A program made the position numbers and the translations under genes. DNA of 64,000 bases, the filler included, from Phoronis australis (taxonomy: Eukaryota > Animalia > Phoronida): assembly GCA_002633005.1 (NCBI GenBank). It is 9 parts of 9 records of this genome, joined end to end, with 100 filler letters (N's around TTAATTAATTAA, not from the genome) between each part and the next. Parts side by side here need not be neighbours in the genome. Positions count along the whole stretch, not along the records: positions 46,589 to 53,715 come from NMRA01002068.1; positions 53,816 to 57,774 come from NMRA01000133.1; positions 57,875 to 60,550 come from NMRA01002504.1; 6 more parts are not named here. The stretch is one strand, 5' to 3'. This document shows positions 46,589-58,002 of this stretch, piece by piece. Within the stretch, counting starts at the first letter, position 1; every line of letters begins with the position of its first letter. A model generated the notes under the pieces. That model did no database searches. It was not told where the DNA came from and worked only from the letters and a program-made list of their open reading frames with translations.

Positions 46589-47736
46589 TGGAAAAAGGAG
46601 AAAACAATATTTCGCCATTCAGTCGTAACGTGTCCTAAATTCGTGAGATTCTGCAGTGACTGTTAATGTCATTTCACAAAACTGACCAAAAATGACTTAA
46701 CAGAAATATCCGATTACCAGAATCACACGGTTAGTGTGAATCAATGCTTTACTGAACGGAATTGTGTGCAATGAAGCGAAATGCCCCCTTAACCCATTTA
46801 AGTACAAGGCACTAAGTTAACAGAGATTAGCTTAGTATGAAATTTTCAAGAAAGAGATTAGAAATTCAGAATTTAAATGCACTGGTTAATTCAGATGTCA
46901 GAGTTGTATCCAAGGCTGTGGTATTAAAATGTGGCTTTGTGGTTTTCTAAAGAAGTGTGCTGTCCTCATAATGCATCAATTTTTTAACGCAATGGTGTTT
47001 CCCCATCATGATTTGTCAGGTACTTTGATAGTATAACTCATGCTAGAACTTTAATTGCCCGATTATTTTTTAGCGTCTAGTCTGAGCAGCACAGCCACTT
47101 CACCTAGGTGTTGTCAAGTCCCTTTGGAGGTATAGGGTTAAACTACATGAACAATAGTTCTCAAAAAAAGATCAAATTTCTTTGAGTCAAAAATTGTCAA
47201 AATGTCGAGACAAAACTTCGGCGAATTTGTAATAGCTGTTGAATGCTTTTTTATTTGATTACCTTCTACACGTTATGCATGAATTTGGCAAAGCTAGATG
47301 AGATTTTTTGACTTTGGGACTGCAAAATGTACATTTTAAGTGTGGTGATCAATTTTGTTTTGCATCACATAAAAGGAGGGATTATTTCAGTCGGAAAACA
47401 GTTCTAGTATTAAGTAAAGGTTAGTTCAAGGAACACTCCATCATGTATACCTGTGGATTCCATGTGACGTTTTCTTCTCTGGAATTATTGTTGGACACAA
47501 CATGTCAAGTATCAAGAAAAAACAATACAGAAACAAAAATGCCCAAATATGAACATTTAATTTAACAATAAAAAGCCAAAACCCCAACACAGTCTGATCA
47601 AAGACATAATCTTCTTCATCGTCAGTTTGAATAGCGATTTGCAAATTTACACGTAATTTCTAAAAATCCTCGAGGGCATTTTTCACGATGATCAAGTAAG
47701 TCCCTGGTTCACACTGTGGCGCATCAGGAATTTAGA

Positions 47737-48691
47737 ACAAGAGCAACGCAGAGCGTTGAAAAGCGCCCACAATTGCACCGTATACGGTATCCTTCTAGGG
47801 TTGTTTATTGGTACCATAAAGTGGCCAGTAGAGGGCATATATGTAGTATGTTGTACTTTGCGAAATGGAGAGGCATGGTCATTGTCTCCTCAATAGGCTA
47901 GGGGCAAAATGTGAGTGATCTTCATAATACAAGCACATCCTATGCATCAGTTGCTTAAAACACCACAGAAACATAGAATTAAAAACAAAATTTACCAACA
48001 TACGAGATTAGCACAGCATTAGAATGCCAGAAACAAATTTCTACTTGGAACTTTTCCTTCATAGTCACGAAGTAACACAAAGTATACACCTGAAGACCTA
48101 TGAAAATACAGAGGTCAATGTAAAATACTAAAATTGACACTAGAGGCATACCAGTAGTCAGAATCATCCTAAAGTCGTCATCGTCCGTTGTCAACATCAC
48201 ATAAATATACTTGCTAAATTTAGTAAAGATCCTGCAAACGGTTTGGGAGATACAGCCATGGGCGCAAAAAAAACTACCACTAGGAGGCGCCACAGTAACC
48301 AAAGTCATGGGAAATTCAGCGTCAACTGTCCCCTTCATAGTAAGAACATACATGCCAATTTTCACAATCATACTTAGAGCGGTTTGGTTGATAGAGGGGT
48401 GGACGCCAAAACACAGACTCAAAAACAGTAAAAATGGCCACTGGGTGTCGCAAACTAGGTCGAATCCATCTGAAAATGGGAGGATAGCGTCATCGCACTA
48501 ATAGGTGCCTACATACCAAATTTCATGAAAATCCGTTAAGGACTTGTGAAGATACAGAGGTAAACGTAAAAAACTAAAATTGCCACTAGGGGGGAACACT
48601 GGTAGGCGGATCCATCCAAAAGTCGTCATCGTCTGTTTTTAACATAATATAAATACACTTCTTAAATTTCGTAAAGATCCTGCAAACGGTT
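47737..48691 (+). mobile_element. Array-bearing dispersed element, forward copy (ACAAGAGC head + ~150-bp units)
   Basis: Head acaagagcaacgcagagcgttgaaaagcgc…tagggttgtttattggtaccataaa, then from ~48090 units that are the reverse complement of the 48693-50762 array; ends at a single N (48692). Confidence 0.75.
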
Positions 48692-48692
48692 N

Positions 48693-50762
48693 GTTTTTTA
48701 CGCTTACCTTTGTATCTTCAAAAGTTTTGAACGGATTTTCATGAAATTTGGTATGTAGGCACCTATTACTAATTAGTGAGATGACGCTATCTTCTCGTTT
48801 TCAGATGGATTTGACGTAGTTTGCACCACCTAGTGGCCATTTTTACTGTTTTCGAGTCTGTTTTTTGCATCCACCCCTCTATCAACCAAACCGCTCAAAG
48901 GATGATTGTGAAAATTGGCATGTATGTGCTTACTATGAAAAGGACGGTTGACAATGATTTCCCGACGATTTCGGCTTCTGTGGCGCCTCCTAGTTCGCAG
49001 GATCTTTACGAAATTTAGTAAGTATAGTTGTATACTGTTAGCAATGGACGACGACGACTTTTGAACAGCTCCGACCGCCGGTGTGCCCCCTAGTAGCAAT
49101 TTTATTTTTTATGTTTACCTTTGTATCTTCAAATGTCCTTAACAAATTTTCATGAAATTTAATATGAAGGCACCTATTAGTGCGGTGACGCTATCCTCCC
49201 GTTTTCAGATTGATTCGACGTAGTTTGCACCACCTAGTGGCCATTTTTACTGTTTTCGAGTAGTTGGATCCATCCAAAAGTCGTCATCTTCCGTTGCTAA
49301 CATCATATAAATATACTTACACAATTTCGTAACGATCCTGTGAACGGTTTAGGAGATACAGCCATAGGCGCAAAAAAAAACCTAGTGGCCATTTTTACTG
49401 TTTCCCCTCTATCAACCAAACCACTCAAAGGATGATTGTGAAAATTGGCATGTATGTGCTTACTATAAAGAGGACGGTTGACGATGATTTCCCGACGATT
49501 TCGACTACTGTGTTGTCTCCTAGTGGCAGTTTTGTTTTTGTTGCGCCTATGGCTGTATCTCCTAAACCGTTCGCAGGATCTTTACAAATTGTGTAAGTAT
49601 ATTTATATGATGTTAACAACGGAAGATGACGACTTTTGGACGGATCCGACTACCGGTGTGCCCCCTAGTGGCAATTTTAGTTTTTTTACGCTTACCTTTG
49701 TATCTTCACAAGTCCTTATTGGATTTTCATGAAATTTGGTATGTAGGCACCTATTAGTGAGATGACGCTATCCTCCCGTTTTCAGATGGATTCGACATAG
49801 TTTGCGCCACCTAGTGGCCATTTTTAGTGTTTTCGAGTCTGTTTTTGTGCGTCCACCCCTCTATCAACCAAACCGCTCAAAGGATGATTGTGAAAATTGG
49901 CATGTATGTGCTTACTATAAAGAGGACGGTTGACGATGATTTTCCGACGATTTCGACTACTGTGTTGTCTCCTAGTGGCAGTTTTGTTTTTGTTGCGCCT
50001 ATGGCTGTATCTCCTAAACCATTTGCAGGATCTTTACTTAATTTAGCAAGTGTATTTACATGATGTTGACTACGGATGACGACGGCTTTCGAACAGATCT
50101 GACTACTGCTGTGTCCCCTACTGGCAATTTTAATTTTTTTACGTTTACCTCAGTATCTTCAAAGGTCCTCAACAGATTTTCATGAAATTTTAAATATAGG
50201 CATTTATTGGTGTGATGACGCTATCGGCTATCTTTCTGTTTTTGGATGGAATCGAGGTATTTTGCACCACCTAGTGGCCATTTTTTGCTGTTTTCAAATC
50301 TTGTTTTTGGTGTCCACCCCTGTATCAACCAAATCATTTGAAAATTGGAATATATGTTCTCAGTGTGAAGATGACCTTTGATGATGGTGACTGACTACTG
50401 TGGCGCCTCCTAGTGGTAGTTTTGTTTTGCGCCCATAGTTGTATCTCCTAAACCCACTGCAGGATCTTTACTAAATTTAGTAAGTGTATTTATATGCAGA
50501 TAACAACAGACGACGACGACTTTCAGGCGGATCCAACGGACACTGTGCCCACTAGTGGCAATTTCATTTTATTATGTTTTCCTTTGTTTCTCTGAAGTTC
50601 CTTGACAGATTTTTATGAAATATGGCATGTTCCTGTTTTTGGATGGATTGTATGTTTTTGCGTCATCTAGTGGCCATTTTTATGGTACAAATAAATAACC
50701 CTAAAAGCACACCATTTGCAATGCATTCGTGTGCGCATTTCAGCGCTCCGCGTTGCTCTTGT
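48693..50762 (-). mobile_element. Array-bearing dispersed element, reverse copy: ~150-bp monomers in a ~452-bp trimer, each with a CTCF-like motif
   Basis: cta(g/c)tgg cores at 49520, 49665, 49811, 49972, 50118, 50271, 50410, 50552 and 50667; head …gcattcgtgtgcgcatttcagcgctccgcgttgctcttgt ends at 50762. Confidence 0.8.
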
Positions 50763-51728
50763 CTTTATTATGTTTGTTGGAAAGTATATTGTTTTAAATA
50801 CAACCATCAATCGAGTTTCGTACTTAGATTGAAGGTGTGACTCCACCTGTTCATTAAGTTGAGCATTCATGCGATTGTTGAACTATTCCTCAAAAGATCT
50901 GGGCCTCTGACTTTTTGTGTGAGCTCTTAAGATTTGAATGTCAGTGGCTCAGTTTGTGACTAGGCACCATTAATTAAGGAATATCCCTGTAATTCCCACA
51001 GTCAATCCTCGTAATTTTTCACACTCTGTTCAGTGGCATCAAACTTGAATTTCCCAATTGAATCCCTTGGACACTTTGTTAAATTCATTTATCCATTTGG
51101 GAGAAATTCTCTATATCAAGAGAGCTTTTTTTCAGTATCAGGAGAATGCACCCGATTGGGAGAAATTCTCCCAATTTGAGAACCTGGTGTATACTGGCTA
51201 ATGGCGATCAATCTGATTTATGTTGAGCAAGAATACAATAAACATCGTTGAGAGAAGTTTCATTATTTAAGTTAGTTAATCAAGTCTAAACACGTTCAAA
51301 TATTTTTTTCGTTCCATGCATGTGCCTAGAGCCGGGGAATTCAATTTTAATGAGTAATGGTGTGTCCGCTTCCTAACGCAAATTTAATTGGTGATTGAAA
51401 TGTGGTAGTGAGATCACACAATGACGCTTTATTGTGGCGCCAGTCTCTTCATCACTGCTACGTTTCACCACCATGTTTCTTTTGAAGCCGCGGCAATGGT
51501 GGGATCCCACTTCTTAAACTCGCGTGGGGCAACAGGCTAATGCATCCCACTGTGACCATTCACCAGCAAGCTCCTCTTGAAACCCAGGGGAAATACTGCA
51601 TTACTGACACTTTTTCACAGGTTTAATGTGTTTATATTCTGTTTTGAATGAGAACAGATATCAGAAAGTTTTTGCTAAACATGTGTTATGAACGCTGGTA
51701 GACTAAGAAAATGTTTCTTCATTGACAG

Positions 51729-51801
51729 GTTTTGTACTGCAGGAATTGATAAGAAGCTGAGGTTATTCACATCCGATCTGAAAGAGACAGATACTGTTAA
51801 G
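51729..51801 (+). CDS. NUP37: Nucleoporin Nup37 (WD40), internal exon
   Basis: tgacAG/GTaggt; FCTAGIDKKLRLFTSDLKETDTVK resembles Nup37 FCTxxxDxKIRLFTSDL. Confidence 0.9.
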
Positions 51802-52465
51802 GTAGGTATTAGTGAGCAAGCCTTGATTAATGCTGGCAATGACATGATAGTTTGCAGTGACGCTATCTGATCTAAAATATCCTATTTTGTTAAAATACTC
51901 AAAGTAAAAAAGAGAAGCAGGGGTAATTTTGTTTACAATTTTAATCAGTATTTCACTAGTTGTCTTGTTTTACAAAAATATTCTGGATATCAACGTGTTA
52001 CAAGAGTACTTTCACAAATCAGCAACTGTTGCAATTTCTAGTAAAACTGAAGTATTGTGAACATGTTTTAGAAACCTAACTATGGAAATTTACAATTTTT
52101 TATAGAAACATTGCTGTTCTTTATGTAAACTGCCAATTGTTGTAGGGCTTATCCCGTTTTGTTACAGCTGTTTGTAAATTAAGTTACAGTTGTTTGTAAA
52201 TAAAGTTCAACTACACAATTCTCAGTCAACTTACATTTATTATCTATTTCCGATTGGGAGTGAACATTTGAGTAATTTGTTATCATAGTTGTCATCAAAA
52301 ATTACGCGCTGAGTACCAACCATTATAATACTGACTTGAGTTTAGACATCAATGATATTATTCAGAAAACGACACTTTAATGTTGTCGGCGTTGTAACAC
52401 CTTGCAAGCACGTTGTATTTAGAAGTGAACTGTTCCAATCATTCTACAAATGCCTTGAATTTCAG

Positions 52466-52651
52466 ATAATTGACTGTCACACAGATTACATCAATGCTGT
52501 GACCTTTGACCCAGAGAAAGGTGACCAGATAGCTAGTGTAGGGGATGACCTGAGTTGTCGTATCTTTGACACAGACGGTACGCAGCACATGAGGTTCCCA
52601 CTACAGTCTCCTGGGATGAGTGTACGCTGGCACCGCGATGACCCCATGAAG
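52466..52651 (+). CDS. NUP37: Nucleoporin Nup37 (WD40), internal exon
   Basis: tttcAG/GTacca; IIDCHTDYINAVTFDPEKGDQIASVGDDLSCRIFDTDGTQHMRFPLQSPGMSVRWHRDDPMK resembles Nup37 HTDFIN…IASVSDD.TCRIW…SPGMSVCWH; in frame with the previous exon. Confidence 0.93.
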
Positions 52652-52833
52652 GTACCATGCCATTTGATGTAGGTCATTGTATCATTGCTTAGGCTATAGA
52701 ATTCATTCNNNNNNNNNNNNNNNNNNNNNNNNNNNNNNNNNNNNNNNNNNNNNNNNNNNNNNNNNNNNNNNNNNNNNNNNNNNNNNNNNNNNNNNNNNNN
52801 NNNNNNNNNNNNNNNNNNNNNNNNNNNNNNNNN

Positions 52834-52969
52834 ACAAAGTACACAGCAGGCTAACCTGTAGATCCATATACAAAGTACACAGCAGACTAACCTGTAGATC
52901 CATATACAAAGTACACAGCAGACTAACCTGTAGATCCATATACAAATTACACAGCAGGCTAACCTGTAG
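52834..52969. repeat. 36-bp minisatellite overlapping a splice donor
   Basis: Unit acaaagtacacagcag(a/g)ctaacctgtagatccatat, about 4 copies visible; runs into a gap. Confidence 0.9.
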
Positions 52970-53128
52970 GATTCGTATCCTGGAAAACTAATGTTCCACA
53001 AGACCTCCAAAGTTTCTCCATCGAGTAACATCAAGACGCCGTCAAAAGTTGACAGTAGAATATCACGAATGCCATCTTTGTTCATGTCAACTAAAACGGG
53101 GGGCACCATGACACCTTTGGCTTCAGTT
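52964..53128 (-). CDS. Internal exon of a FAM234/ITFG-like FG-GAP beta-propeller protein
   Basis: ttgacAG/GTtagc on minus; TEAKGVMVPPVLVDMNKDGIRDILLSTFDGVLMLLDGETLEVLWNISFPGYESY contains a DxNxDGxxD calcium-blade motif followed by the DGxTxxxLW pattern. Confidence 0.8.
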
Positions 53129-53162
53129 CTGTCAACGATTTAACAAAGAACTAAGCATAGAA

Positions 53163-53220
53163 ACAATATTTGCATAGCAACAATATTTGCATAGCAACAA
53201 TATTTGCATAACAACAACAG
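53163..53220. repeat. 17-bp tandem repeat, 3 copies
   Basis: caatatttgcata(g/a)caa. Confidence 0.8.
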
Positions 53221-53715
53221 TTGCATCCAATGCACAGTCACAGTGACCACATTTAGCTCAGGAAATGAACACTGCAATTATATATACCGTATGCAGAGAT
53301 CCATGTAGTACGAGTGATCAGAGTATTCCAAATTCTAGGATATGAAGAAATTCTTTTGCAGTTTATGTAAGTTGCAAAACAAATTCTGTGAATTCATTAA
53401 ATAAACAAACAACTCATTTTGAGTGTGCCACATGTGGTTGGTTAAATAAGGAAGCATTAATATGTGATGACGGTTGGACAACAGACCAATCAAAACATCA
53501 TTGACATAATATGATGGAATGGTCTAACAAGCTCAATATCTCAAAACGTATTTTGAAAATTGTAGCAACATTTTAAATTGATACAAATGCACTTACAGTA
53601 TAGCTGGCTGATGTTCAAGCAATCAACAAGGTTATTTTTATTTTCATGTGAGGTGAACACCACTCCTACTCCTTAAAAACTCACCTACAATCAAATTGAC
53701 CTCGTTTTCTCTTGC

Positions 53716-53815
53716 NNNNNNNNNNNNNNNNNNNNNNNNNNNNNNNNNNNNNNNNNNNNTTAATTAATTAANNNNNNNNNNNNNNNNNNNNNNNNNNNNN
53801 NNNNNNNNNNNNNNN
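53716..53815. other. Artificial scaffold-concatenation linker
   Basis: 44 N + TTAATTAATTAA + 44 N. Confidence 0.97.
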
Positions 53816-56800
53816 AATCGAAAGCTAAGATTCATCATATTTACACTCTGTGACGTATCTGCAACCTATGAAAGACTTTCTACAAAACCGTGATGCATTG
53901 CTATCAAACTTTGCTGCTAAATTACGATCATTTTACAGAAAATTGTGCCGAAATCCCGGGGCGAAAACTCGCTGAATGAATGCCTCGCAATCGTGGATAT
54001 GGCGACTTGAATGCTTAAATAAAAATAAAGTTTCGACTCAAGCAAATTACCTGAAATCCTCCTTAAATTTTCCAAGTAGCGCCCCTAAGATTTTTAGTTC
54101 CCGTTGAGTCGGTATTAACGGCAGGTTTAAGTACAAATTTGTGCTACATCGTGCCATATACATGTATGATTGGCAACACGAGAAAAATGTCTGGACGAAC
54201 ACACATGTTGTTGTCACGTGACGTTTGTTTTGAAGTTCGTCTGCGTTTGTGAGTAAGCGAGCGCGTGCGTGTCACCGGAGTTCATTTGCCAGAGCACAGA
54301 CCGTCATTTGGCCAGAGCCACACAATCTAACGAGCTAGATGTGCATTGTATCTAAAGAAATTTGCACAAGCAGTAGGCCTAAACCAGAGCGTATTTCATT
54401 CAGCACTTGCCGGTCTCATGTGCTAAAAACGTTCGACATTTGCTTCGGTAAGGCCCATATTAGTCGCCATGTGGCTGGATGCGTACGTGACTATCTGACA
54501 GTTATTTGTTGGTGTAAGGGTGTGTCAAGCATTCACTGTCAGTGGTAATTTTATCGGATATTTGGCTTAAAAACACCAATTATGGTCAATCAAACAATCC
54601 ATCTTAAAAATAATGTAAACATTTTTTATAGAATTAGAAACTGTCGGAAATTAGTGCCAATATTCATTTTTTGCCGATGCTATGCTACCCGTTTCATGAA
54701 TGGATAGTTCCCGACTAATGTCTCTGATGACAGGTTCATGGATGTAGCGCGCGCTTCCTGGCCACGTACTTTTAACTCTGGCCAAGCTTTTTATTAGTCT
54801 TCGATTTGCAGTTTTCACTTGTACAAAGAAATTTGGATTCCTGTTGAAAGCGGGAAATATCTACAAAGCAATCCCGTAGACAAGTACACTACGTCTGTTC
54901 TGAAAGGCCAGACCATTGGTCCTCGCAAGATCAGCAAAACTAATTTGTGTTCGTTTTGAGGCATGGTGGAAGTTTGAAGTGTATAGTCACAGCTGAATAC
55001 CGACATAGCGGCTAGGCTCGTAGTCTACAAATTCTGCACACAATGATTTTTTTCAAGACTGTCAGATATTATTGTTATTATTGATAAATTGAAGACATTA
55101 CTGTAGAATTTTAGGACTGTAGGTAAGGCATTTTTAGCACTACACGTTCACGGACTGGGCGCTTATTTTAGCAAAGACTGAAAACGTGTGGGGGGGGTGC
55201 TTATAGGGGGATGGCCGGTTATTACGGCGAATATGATACTATTCTAAAGGAGAATATTAATGGACAATTGGCAACATGCTGGATTGTGACATCGTTTCCA
55301 TGTCCGTTGTCGTCAATGAAGATAAGAAGAGGATTGACAATGAGTGGTGCCAACTGGGTGCCTCCAACCAAAACTGGTAAGTGAGCAAAGAAACAACAAA
55401 TCCCGAATCATTTTTGCTCGTCTTGGACAGATTCTCAACCTTGAAAAAGTGTGCAACTAAACCACTATTGCGACATCAAAGGCCAGAACTTACAATGCTT
55501 TTCTTTAGCCTCATCAAAAATTTGTTTTTTTTTACAATACCCAGCTTAATGAATTTTCCATCCAATTTTCCAGCAATCTTATCATGACCTTCCACTGAGT
55601 TTTAGAAATTTCTTGCGCTTCTGTCCAAATTGGGTTTCATCCGTTTTCGACATTCTAGCAACAGACGAACTTGAGGAATAATGAAATGCGTGTTACTTGT
55701 GACTGCACGGAACTGAAAATTGTTGTAAGTTACAGCTAGAAGTCGCCACCATGTTGAAAAGGTGAATCCATGGAAGTCGTAGATGTTGTTAAATCTTGAT
55801 CTTATGAACTGGATTATTGCCAACAGGAAGTAGTGCTTATTACGATGACAACTAAATACATTCCGCCAATAAGAGAGGACACCAAGTAATTCCTATTGAT
55901 TTTTTCAAACAATACAATGATAAAGTGCGCATGCTTTTACCACGCAACAGAACCATTAGTTTACAAAATCTATCCATTTTCTAGTTGACAGCTTTTGTTT
56001 TCGGATTCCAACCGAGTCCCTGGAAAGAGGCAGCGGTCGGAAGATAACCAAGAAAATAATGAAAACCATTTGTAGACGTGTATCATATTGAAGCAGCATT
56101 GAGAAATTTTAGTTTCATTGTGATATGGAACACCCATGACTTTCAGTTTCTTGAAAGTCAGACACAGCGAACTGTGTCAAGGGTTTTACAGAGAGTTTAG
56201 GTTTTTGCTGTCTCCACCAAAACATTAAGACGAGCACTTACATTCATTTGTATGCCATTTTCAAAAGCATTTAAAAACCCAGTGCAACATACAATATCGC
56301 GTGTACAGCGCCACCTAGTATGCACTGAAAAGAATCAGGAAAAGCAGACGTTGAAAATTTCTGCAGGCATTTTTAATGCTTTTCAGATGGAAAAATGAAT
56401 TTTCCTGTGTCTATTGTTATTCACCATCCTAACGAAATTATTTAAAAGTATGAAAATCCAATATCAAGCCAAAATGCTTCACTGCAACAGGGTTCAAAAT
56501 AACGCTAAGAGTCTGTGTGCATGAGGATTTGCTTCTAAATGCTTCCATAAGATGCATTATTCCGTGTTAAAAATAAGTGCCTCACCAGTAACTGGGAGTC
56601 TCAGCTAGATTAAAAACATTCACGAGTGTCAGCATGAAATCAATACACAAGTAATGTTCCGAGCTTGCAAATGCTCAATTTCATAACCTATATGACAGTT
56701 GGAGCCGGTTGTATGTGGCACAGAAGAGTTCTGCAAAGTTTAATTTTTAAGATAAATTTATATAAATGAATCCATTGATAAAATATGAAAACCGACAAGT

Positions 56801-57774
56801 CAAGTTCTTTTAAATAACAACATAATTTTATGTAGTTTTCTTGGCTTTAAAGTGGCTTATTTGTGAATTAACGCATTTTTTTGGTTTTCTTGTTCTGTCT
56901 ATGAATACACAGACTTTGACAATAATTGACCTATCGCTACGATTATGAGCGACGGCTTAACTGACCAATCAGAACGCAGCACTCTTTACACACCTTCGTA
57001 ACCAAGCCGTCATTTTACCCCTCAAACAACATGCTGCCAGGTAAAACTTATTGTTTGTTTGTCGACTTTTCGCAAGGGGCAGACCCAGGCCTTTATGCAG
57101 CGTCCAAATAGATGCCTAAGCAGTAATCTGGACACCCTGGCAAGGATGCCCAATGTATCATTTGGATGCCCACTGTCAATCAGAACCTTTCAAGTTTGGA
57201 CACACACATTGTAATGATTACTAGGAAGCCCAGGCACATAGCTGAAGGGAGAAGTAACCTCACAGTGCTGGCTCTTTTTTTCAAAGCAGAAAGAAATTAC
57301 AATGTATATACAATGTTGTTATGTTCAAACTAGGTTGAAAGCCCTTAGTATCCAACACCTTTCTGCAGCTCTGATGACTCACTTTACAGAACATTAAAGC
57401 TCCATAAGGTGTTATGATAAACTTTATAACATCAATTTGAGTCGAGTTCACCAACAACTTAGTACACTCTTCATTTAACCAATATCTCTAAGATTTGTCT
57501 GGTAAGCTACTGGACTGTTTTCGTAAATTTAAATGCAAAAGTCTTGATTTACACATATTTTCGAGTAAAGAAGCTCACTTTAACCTTTTCAACTCCACAG
57601 ACCGCTTGACCGGTCTCTGAAACTTACTTCCATTCAACACCATGGACCGCTTTATCGGTCTCACGACATGACGAACTTCAAGCAACACCATATTTGAATG
57701 GTTGATTAGGGGAATTTTTTGTGTACGTCACAAATTTAAATATAGACTTACCTTCATTCTTAACAGCTTTTCTG

Positions 57775-57874
57775 NNNNNNNNNNNNNNNNNNNNNNNNNN
57801 NNNNNNNNNNNNNNNNNNTTAATTAATTAANNNNNNNNNNNNNNNNNNNNNNNNNNNNNNNNNNNNNNNNNNNN
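57775..57874. other. Artificial scaffold-concatenation linker
   Basis: 44 N + TTAATTAATTAA + 44 N. Confidence 0.97.
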
Positions 57875-58002
57875 GCCCGTGGCCCTCCTAAAACTTCATT
57901 TGGCAGTTTGAGGCTGCAAATATCTTACGGGTAAAATCCTGCATAATATTCTGCCCTGCCCCCCCCCCCTCCTCCTATCTAAAAATCCTAGATCTGCCCC
58001 TG
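57875..58002. mobile_element. Right end of a CAGGGGC(A/G)GATCTAGGAT-type MITE
   Basis: Ends aaaaatcctagatctgcccctg after a C-rich tract; a related left end CAGTGGCGGATCTAGGAT occurs at 60181. Confidence 0.5.

Noticed and set aside
55250-55376. Exon-like segment ending in a strong GTAAGT donor
   Set aside because: No recognisable protein in any frame, no clear acceptor and no partner exon.
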